Source: Candidatus Thorarchaeota archaeon (GTDB lineage Archaea; Asgardarchaeota; Thorarchaeia; Thorarchaeales; Thorarchaeaceae). Taken from it: 6,441 nucleotides of DNA. A program made the position numbers and the translations under genes. The DNA is taken from assembly GCA_003345555.1 (NCBI GenBank), contig PRDJ01000059.1:1-6441 (forward strand), read 5' to 3'. This document shows positions 1 through 5,352 of the stretch, one piece after another. Position 1 is the first letter of the stretch; each line of letters opens with the position of its first letter. The notes beneath the pieces were generated by a model. The model searched no databases and was not told the origin of the DNA. It saw only the letters and a program-made list of their open reading frames with translations.

Positions 1-376
1 TTGCGTAGAGCTCCAGGATATTGATTCGATACGGCCCCGAAACAAAAGCCAGACCAATCATCAGCCCAATCAGCGCAGTGACCATCAGCGGGCTGCCGAC
101 AGAAGACACGACGATTATTGTCATGGTTCCGAGGATGGCTATTATGACGACAACCGTCAGGATGGAGTTGCCCTCCAACAATCCGCTGACGCGACCCTTG
201 GAACTCCTGAGGTCCAATGGGTTCCGTAGAATCATGTAGGACTGGCTCCTCCTGTAGTCGGTTGAGCCCCCGACTCCAGCTGCCGTCTCTGTGAGACTCC
301 TAGCTCGACGCGCTATGTCGATATCGCGAACTGCAAGTGATAATACCACGATTCCAATCGCAAGAATGACAGGCAC
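1..376 (-). CDS. Hypothetical multi-pass membrane protein, 3'-truncated by the window edge
   Basis: Manual translation of the minus strand is open from GTG at 376 to base 1: VPVILAIGIVVLSLAVRDIDIARRARSLTETAAGVGGSTDYRRSQSYMILRNPLDLRSSKGRVSGLLEGNSILTVVVIIAILGTMTIIVVSSVGSPLMVTALIGLMIGLAFVSGPYRINILELYA... It has three clear hydrophobic segments. GGAG lies just upstream of the GTG, and an in-frame TAG a few codons upstream limits the start. The ORF track lacks it because there is no stop in the window. Confidence 0.72.
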   Translation of the reverse strand, partial: MPVILAIGIVVLSLAVRDIDIARRARSLTETAAGVGGSTDYRRSQSYMILRNPLDLRSSKGRVSGLLEGNSILTVVVIIAILGTMTIIVVSSVGSPLMVTALIGLMIGLAFVSGPYRINILELYA

Positions 377-416
377 TGCTATCTCCGTATCTGCCCCCGA
401 ATGACACTAGCGCGCA

Positions 417-431
417 AAAGAACATAAAGTC
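417..431. promoter_or_regulatory. AT-rich TATA-like element, possibly bidirectional (AAAAGAACATAAAGT on +, ACTTTATGTT on -)
   Basis: Only AT-rich patch in this intergenic stretch. It sits about 45 nt upstream of the GTG at 376 (-) and about 30 nt upstream of the structured segment at 464 (+). Confidence 0.35.
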
Positions 432-463
432 TCTGGCCAAGAACGAGGCATCGCGTCAGGATG

Positions 464-630
464 GCAGCAGTTCATCTCGCTTCTTGGCTCCTGAGTGCAG
501 CCTCGGATCAGGTTCACGAGTCCGTTCTTCGAGGGTACTGGTTTGCAGCTCCTCGAGTAGAACACTTCCTCCCACTACTTCATGGTCAATATTGGCGCCA
601 CTCAAGAAGGCTGTCAAGATGGACCGTCGC
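464..630. ncRNA. Candidate structured non-coding RNA (rod-like fold, unknown family)
   Basis: Nested long-range complementarity: 464-479 with 615-630, CTTCTT 480-485 with AAGAAG 604-609, GAGTG 493-497 with CACTC 599-603, and GCC 500-502 with GGC 594-596. Internal hairpins CGGA/TCCG and GTTCT-TCGAGG...CCTCGA-GT-AGAAC. No convincing protein in any frame. Folded by eye only. Confidence 0.3.
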
Positions 631-652
631 AGCCGAAGTGCAGAATTGAATG

Positions 653-728
653 TGGAGCCCGCCAGGGGAGTCGCACCCCTCTAGAACAGATCTGCAGTCT
701 GTCGCGTAAGCTGATCCGCCAGACGGGC
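653..728 (-). tRNA. trnC: tRNA-Cys (anticodon GCA), 76 nt with encoded CCA, intronless, non-canonical D/T loops
   Basis: Minus strand reads GCCCGTC TG GCGG ATCAGCTT ACGC G ACAGA CTGCAGA TCTGT TCTAG AGGGG TGCGACT CCCCT GGCGGGC T CCA. Acceptor stem 7/7 (one U-G), D stem 3 bp plus G13-A22, anticodon stem 5/5, T stem 5/5. It has anticodon GCA, G37, discriminator U73 and G1-C72/C2-G71/C3-G70, as in archaeal tRNA-Cys. Confidence 0.9.
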
Positions 729-754
729 ACCTGCTCGCAACACGGTCTTCATCG

Positions 755-770
755 ATATTAAGCATTACGG
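755..770 (-). promoter_or_regulatory. Putative BRE/TATA promoter of the tRNA-Cys gene
   Basis: Minus strand CCGTAATG-CTTAATAT, ending 26 nt upstream of tRNA nucleotide G1 (728). This spacing fits an archaeal promoter with little or no leader. Confidence 0.55.
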
Positions 771-805
771 CAAGTCTTGCTAGCATGACTCTCTTGTTTG
801 GTTCT

Positions 806-854
806 GTCTGCGAATAGGGACATGGACAGCCTTATCTTATCCTGACTCGCAGAC
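806..854. repeat. 8-bp perfect inverted repeat GTCTGCGA-N33-TCGCAGAC flanking a TATA-like element
   Basis: GTCTGCGA at 806-813 and TCGCAGAC at 847-854 bracket CTTATCTTAT (831-840), about 30 nt upstream of the ATG at 871. Confidence 0.4.
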
Positions 855-870
855 GGGATTGCGATAGAAG

Positions 871-1158
871 ATGAAAGTTAAGGCTGTCCTCAGGGATGCT
901 GAGATCTTGCGCCTGCCAATTGGATCATCTGAACGTGTCCTGGCATCGGCCGAGAAGAACTTTGGCCGCGTAGTGAACCTATCAAGTCTCTTGAAGGTCA
1001 TGGGTCTACGCGCCGAAGATAGGTTGAAGATGCTTGAGATTCTGGAGCGCACTGGTGCCCACATCTGGCTGGCCCGTGAAGGCGACCAGCATCTGATATA
1101 TCTCAGCAAGAACGGACCTCCTCAGGACGAGGAATTCACTGGATATCAGTGGAAATAG
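871..1158 (+). CDS. Small hypothetical protein (95 aa), probable winged-helix fold
   Basis: ATG-started ORF with natural composition, divergent from the tRNA. The amphipathic pattern reads helix (SERVLASAEKN), strand (RVVN), helix (LSSLLKVMG), helix (AEDRLKMLEILERTG), then beta-hairpin (HIWLAREGDQHLIYL), matching wHTH topology. The fold is an inference. Confidence 0.78.
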   Translation: MKVKAVLRDAEILRLPIGSSERVLASAEKNFGRVVNLSSLLKVMGLRAEDRLKMLEILERTGAHIWLAREGDQHLIYLSKNGPPQDEEFTGYQWK

Positions 1159-1191
1159 CCGCAATCCTGAGTGGATGGATTCTTATCTCGC

Positions 1192-1944
1192 CTACGTTCT
1201 CTTCGCACGTTTGTCCATCTCTACGTGAACAGATTGGATTCCATTCTGGAGAGCAGGGGGCATTGAGGCACGGTGCTTCTTGAAGGCATCCTCTACTCGG
1301 CTCAACTCGGCCGCAATGCGAATGGCGTCTTCATCCAAATCCCATGCGTGCCCAATGGCGGCCAGTATATCAGAGCCAATGCTCTTTTCCATGTTGGTGA
1401 TGATTTCGAACTGCTCAATCAGGTTCGATGCAAGCTTGGTCAGCCCCTTGCGGTCAAACTCCGATTCATCAGTCTCATCGCTGATGTTGTCTTCTTCAGC
1501 TTGGAGAACATGTTGCAGTGGACTGTAGGCTTCATACGTCGTTGAAAACTGCTCGGCATGCCTCTTTGCCAGCCTGTGTGCTTCATCGAACTGCTCCGCA
1601 TCCAGTAGGAGATCGCACAGGTCATCAAGAACGGTGTGAGAAGCAGGCTTCCTATCAAGAAGACCCCGATACATTCTCTCCGCTTCTTCCGTCCGCAGCG
1701 AATTGTCAAGTAGTCGTCCCAATGCAGATGTTGCCCGTTCGTCGGACGGATCTCTCCTAAGCACCGACCGAAGCACGGCCTCAGCCTCATTGTCTCGCCC
1801 CAATCTTGATAGGACTATGCCGAGCATTGTCTTGAGCCCCAAGTGATTGGGAAATCGCCCCAGGGCTTCTTCAAGTAGCTTCAGGGCTTCTAGGTTCTCA
1901 TCACGGGAACACAATGCGGATGCAGCGTCAAGTACTCCCTGCAC
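1192..1944 (-). CDS. Tetratricopeptide repeat (TPR) protein, 250 aa
   Basis: About four 34-aa TPR units (..EALKLLEEALGRFPNH; ..MLGIVLSRLGRDNEAEAVLRSVLRRDPSD; ..ALGRLLDNSLRTEEAERMYRGLLDRKPAS; ..DLCDLLLDAEQFDEAHRLAKRHAEQF), then an acidic linker EEDNISDETDESEFD and a helical C-terminal region. GTG start at 1944 is uncertain, since the frame stays open upstream to 2028 without ATG/GTG/TTG. Confidence 0.9.
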   Translation of the reverse strand: MQGVLDAASALCSRDENLEALKLLEEALGRFPNHLGLKTMLGIVLSRLGRDNEAEAVLRSVLRRDPSDERATSALGRLLDNSLRTEEAERMYRGLLDRKPASHTVLDDLCDLLLDAEQFDEAHRLAKRHAEQFSTTYEAYSPLQHVLQAEEDNISDETDESEFDRKGLTKLASNLIEQFEIITNMEKSIGSDILAAIGHAWDLDEDAIRIAAELSRVEDAFKKHRASMPPALQNGIQSVHVEMDKRAKRT

Positions 1945-2025
1945 TGAGTCTGTCGTGGTTCTAAGTACCTCCTCGGAAACGTTGGTTGGTGACCGTTCTA
2001 GACCTGAGCAAGATTTGCAGACGCG

Positions 2026-2033
2026 TTTTTATG
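2026..2033. promoter_or_regulatory. TATA-like element shared by divergent TPR gene and cysS (TTTTTATG / CATAAAAA)
   Basis: Single AT-rich box in the 122-nt divergent gap, 33 nt upstream of the likely cysS TTG at 2067. An AGGT SD-like motif is present at 2056-2059. Confidence 0.45.
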
Positions 2034-2066
2034 TACTCTTTGGAAGACACACATCAGGTTCCTAGC

Positions 2067-3500
2067 TTGATACAAGTGTTCAACACGCTTACCCGGTCAA
2101 AGGAAGAGTTCGTACCGCTTGATGGAAAGAACGTCCGAGTTTACGCATGTGGGCCCACCGTATACGATTATCCGCACATTGGCAATGCTAGGTCATTCGT
2201 CGTGTTTGACACGATGAGACGCTACCTAGAGTACAGCGGATACAGGGTTCATTTCATCACCAACTTCACTGATGTGGACGACAAGATGATTGCGCGGGCC
2301 CACGATGAAGGCACTACAGTGGCGGAACTTGCCGCGAAGTTCATCGCGGAATATCAGAAAATCGCGAAGGAACTGAACCTGAAACCGGCAAATGCCAACC
2401 CCAGAGCCACAGAACACATCGATGACATGATTGACATGATCAAACGAATCGTAGAGAACGGTATGGGGTATGTTGTCGATGGAAACGTCTACTTCGATGT
2501 GAGCGCGTTCGCGGCCTACGGTAATCTGTCCAAGATGCCGGTCGACCAAATGACTGCAGAGGCCAGAATAGAACCCGATGAAAACAAGCAGGATCCACGA
2601 GACTTCGCCCTCTGGAAAGCTGAGAAACCGGGCGAGCCCTCATGGGATAGCCCGTGGGGAAAAGGAAGACCAGGATGGCATGCAGAGTGCTCAGCCATGA
2701 GCCGGCACTACCTTGGAGTCCCATTCGACATTCACGGTGGAGGACAGGATCTGATATTCCCTCATCATGAGAACGAAATTGCACAGACTGCCTCAGCGTA
2801 CTCGATAGAGACTCCAGTCAAGTACTGGCTTCACAACGGGTTCCTGACCATCAACAAGGAGAAGATGTCGAAATCCCTAGGCAACTTCTTCACTGCTCGC
2901 GAAGTTCTCGATCATTACAATCACCAAGCAGTCCGGTTGTTCTTGATATCAGCTCAATACCGGCAACCACTCGACTACAATCCTGAGGCACTCAACCAAG
3001 CGACTCAGTCTTTGGAAAGACTTCGAAACGCACTCGATGTGCTCGAAGGCAGACTATCGCTAATAGAGAAAGGCGGCGCAAAACCAGCCCCAGCGGACTC
3101 AAAGCTTGCCGAGGCAGTCAGGAAAGCCAGAGATGAATTCGAGAGGGAGATGAATGACGACTTCAATACGCCCGGCGCACTGGCAGAAGTGTTTACGCTT
3201 GTTAAGTCAGTGAATACATACGCCAGCAAAGTTGGCAAGGCTTCGGCCTTGAGAGAAGCTCGTTCTGCCCTGCTCGAGTTGATGGGTGTGCTTGGAATCG
3301 ACCTAGAGAAGAAGGCAGCTGGAGGTGCTTCAGAAAGCGATGAGCTGCTAAAGCAGGTGGTCAACCTGCTTCTCCAAATCAGAGAAGAAGCTAGGAAAAG
3401 CAAGAACTACGCCCTCTCCGACAGAGTAAGAAAGGGATTGGCTGATCTAGGCATCACGGTCTCAGACACAAAGGATGGCCCTACTTGGAAAACCGAATAG
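2067..3500 (+). CDS. cysS: Cysteinyl-tRNA synthetase (class Ia), about 477 aa
   Basis: YACGPTVYDYPHIGNAR (Zn-ligand Cys plus HIGH motif), NFTDVDDK, DFALWK, GRPGWHAECSAMS, DIHGGGQDLIFPHHENEIAQ and KMSKSLGN are present, plus a C-terminal anticodon-binding region (K.YALSDRVR..L...GI...D...G..W). The start is placed at TTG 2067 because IQVFNTLTRSKEEF matches the usual CysRS N-terminus. The ORF track's start at 1986 is probably too long. Confidence 0.97.
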   Translation: MIQVFNTLTRSKEEFVPLDGKNVRVYACGPTVYDYPHIGNARSFVVFDTMRRYLEYSGYRVHFITNFTDVDDKMIARAHDEGTTVAELAAKFIAEYQKIAKELNLKPANANPRATEHIDDMIDMIKRIVENGMGYVVDGNVYFDVSAFAAYGNLSKMPVDQMTAEARIEPDENKQDPRDFALWKAEKPGEPSWDSPWGKGRPGWHAECSAMSRHYLGVPFDIHGGGQDLIFPHHENEIAQTASAYSIETPVKYWLHNGFLTINKEKMSKSLGNFFTAREVLDHYNHQAVRLFLISAQYRQPLDYNPEALNQATQSLERLRNALDVLEGRLSLIEKGGAKPAPADSKLAEAVRKARDEFEREMNDDFNTPGALAEVFTLVKSVNTYASKVGKASALREARSALLELMGVLGIDLEKKAAGGASESDELLKQVVNLLLQIREEARKSKNYALSDRVRKGLADLGITVSDTKDGPTWKTE

Positions 3501-3538
3501 GCGTCACTGCGCGCGTAGGGGCCTTCTTCCGCTTCTTC

Positions 3539-4927
3539 CTACTTCTTGACGATTTGACGCTTGACGCTTATGTACAACCCAGCGTCATCCAAGATGAAGA
3601 TGCGTGGGTCAGGGTTCTCCTTCAGGAACCTCTGCATTAGCTCGCGAAGAACTCGTTGAGCATCTGCCGGATTACGAGGATTCAACCCTTCCATTCTGTA
3701 GACATCGCAGAGCATTTTGGGGTCAAGCTGACTTACAATCTTGATGTTACCCTCAGCGACGTTCAATAGAATCCTGAAGAGGTCGGGTACCTTCTGATTG
3801 CCAATCTTGAATGTCTTCTCTGAGCAGTAATTTTCGATAGAGTACTTGAGTGCATCCTTTACCTTCATGCCAATCGTGGCTCTGATAGATTCCTCATAAG
3901 CGGGGCTTCCTATTCCTTCCTGACACGGAGCGAGCAGGACAATCCAGCCCTTGAGATCGTGACGCACACCATTCCATGCAGCATGTATTCCCTTGCCTGC
4001 TTGATAGAGGTTAAGCCCTAAATCTCCAACAGACACGAAAACAATGTCAGCTGGGTCATCGACGTCCACAACCCTCAGCTTCCTTAGCGGCGCTGATGCT
4101 GCTTTGTGGCATTCAATGATGTCGCCAGCTTGTACGTAGACTATCTTGCCTTGGTTCACAATCGTATCGATGCAGAAAATGGGAATACGCGCAGCCATCT
4201 GTCGTGTGATGTCAATCATGTCTTGGATTACGGGGTTGCCTTCAGTGTTGCCGAGTCTGCACTCCGGTTTGAATCCCTTCTCGAGGTCGAACATCCTGGG
4301 ATGGTTGATCCGGACTGTCTCGCGCCCTGCAACTCCTGGGCAAAACAGCTTGACCGTACCGGCCTGTCCAGCGAAGTAATGATACTCTGAGTCGCTTAGC
4401 ACAATTATCAGACTTGAATCGAGTACCTTCTGGTCGATGAGTATCGGCGTGCCCATCTTCGTTTTTCCCACGTCACGGTTTCCGGAGTCGGGATCATGCG
4501 TCAGAACGTTGGCTTTCCAGTCCCTGTAAATCTCCGAACCCAAGACCTTGTTTTCAATGGCTTCAGGCTTTGGAGGCCCATGGGTGCCACTTGAAATCAT
4601 AATCGCTATGTCTTCTTTGCGCACGCCAAGTCCCAACAGGCGTGGAGTGAGGAGTGGCAGTAAGGCCCGGGTATGGATGTTTGGCCTTGTGTTATCATCG
4701 ACGAGAATGACAATCCTCTTCCCCTTCGTGTAGACTTTCTTCACCACCTCATCAAAGGACTTGGAGCCCAAGGGTTTGGCCAACACCTGATCGAGGCGGG
4801 CCTTGAAATCGGTGAAATCGGGCTTGAATCCTGCCACGCGCAGAATCGTCAGCTTCTTCACACTTGACGGGATGAACTCGTCGATTGTCACAGTGCCATA
4901 CTTGAGTGGGGTCTTCTGGTAGGACAT
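3539..4927 (-). CDS. larA: LarA-family nickel-pincer-nucleotide (NPN)-dependent 2-hydroxy-acid racemase/epimerase, 462 aa
   Basis: Family motifs DDNTRP, SSGTHG, EYHYFAGQAGTVK, RINHP and NLYQAGKG carry the equivalents of L. plantarum LarA D72/R75, H108, H174, K184, H200 and Y294/Q295/K298. The substrate is not assignable, so the symbol denotes the family. Confidence 0.9.
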   Translation of the reverse strand: MSYQKTPLKYGTVTIDEFIPSSVKKLTILRVAGFKPDFTDFKARLDQVLAKPLGSKSFDEVVKKVYTKGKRIVILVDDNTRPNIHTRALLPLLTPRLLGLGVRKEDIAIMISSGTHGPPKPEAIENKVLGSEIYRDWKANVLTHDPDSGNRDVGKTKMGTPILIDQKVLDSSLIIVLSDSEYHYFAGQAGTVKLFCPGVAGRETVRINHPRMFDLEKGFKPECRLGNTEGNPVIQDMIDITRQMAARIPIFCIDTIVNQGKIVYVQAGDIIECHKAASAPLRKLRVVDVDDPADIVFVSVGDLGLNLYQAGKGIHAAWNGVRHDLKGWIVLLAPCQEGIGSPAYEESIRATIGMKVKDALKYSIENYCSEKTFKIGNQKVPDLFRILLNVAEGNIKIVSQLDPKMLCDVYRMEGLNPRNPADAQRVLRELMQRFLKENPDPRIFILDDAGLYISVKRQIVKK

Positions 4928-4994
4928 GCGATTACCAATGTCTCGACGTCTGTGTTTGGGATAACAGTTGCGGTTGCTCCATAGGAGGAACTCG

Positions 4995-5036
4995 AGATAA
5001 ACCTAGACACGGCAGGCGGCCGTGCCAAGGTAATCT
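4995..5036 (-). other. Long GC-rich hairpin upstream of larA
   Basis: Minus strand AGAU-U-ACCUUGGCACGGC [CGCCU] GCCGUGUCUAGGU-UU-AUCU gives about 16 paired positions. A G-U pair on the minus strand becomes an A-C mismatch on plus, favouring the larA-sense strand. Confidence 0.5.
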
Positions 5037-5168
5037 GGCCCTCTCGACATTGCGGACATGGACCACGCATCTTGAGTTCGACGGTCTTTGTATGAAGACG
5101 CCACATGACCCGATTGCTTCAATGATTCCGCAGTCGGCAGTGTAAGAATCACTGACAAGAAAGGGCCT

Positions 5169-5284
5169 CAAAAGGCTTAAATCCAAACTTACCAAGTAGT
5201 GATACTGGGGGGAAAAGAAGTTCTCGGCCGAATGCCGATTCAAGGGCACAAAGTTTATAAGCGTAGTTACGCGGCTATATAAAA
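5169..5284. promoter_or_regulatory. Cluster of three BRE/TATA-like elements in the larA-tfb divergent region
   Basis: CAAAAGG-CTTAAAT (5169-5182; reads ATTTAAG on minus), CACAAAG-TTTATAAG (5247-5261, +) and TATATAAAA (5276-5284; reads TTTTATATA on minus). Confidence 0.6.
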
Positions 5285-5352
5285 TTGACGGATTTCGACG
5301 GTACTTGCCTCGGAGGACACCGCAACGGCACGCCCAGAGTTGTGTTTTCCTA

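Noticed and set aside
488-545. Resemblance to a TPP riboswitch (UACCC...GAACCUGAUCC) on the minus strand
   Set aside because: It lacks the CUGAGA pyrimidine-sensor motif and the GCG/AGGGA elements, and no thiamine gene lies downstream.
464-630. SRP RNA or RNase P RNA identity for the structured segment
   Set aside because: No SRP helix-8 CAGG-GNRA-AGCA motif and no RNase P GAGGAAAGUCC / ACAGAA..GGCUUA P4 pair. It is also too short for typical archaeal versions.
653-728. tRNA as an integration site for a mobile element
   Set aside because: No duplicated tRNA 3' end (att repeat), integrase or transposase in the window.
458-752. Apparent in-frame TAG read-through ORF (MKTVLRAGARLADQLTRQTADLF*RGATPL...) suggesting pyrrolysine
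   Set aside because: The TAG lies inside the tRNA variable loop, so the frame is a by-product of the tRNA gene. No pyl genes are in the window.
586-786. 66-aa minus-strand ORF (and the + ORFs 461..649 and 484..684)
   Set aside because: They overlap the tRNA-Cys gene or the structured segment, have atypical composition, and show no recognisable motifs.
1986-2066. N-terminal extension of CysRS given by the ORF track
   Set aside because: Homology begins at LIQVFNTLT (TTG 2067). The extension spans the TATA-like box and the divergent TPR gene's upstream region.
1273-4867. Numerous 60-130 aa ORFs nested in or antisense to the TPR, cysS and larA genes
   Set aside because: Shadow ORFs of well-supported genes, with no independent evidence.
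4955-4975. Cobalamin riboswitch call from CCGCAACUGU
   Set aside because: The upstream GGGAA and GGUG-NAAUCC T-loop and the downstream B12 box are absent. Only the short motif matches.
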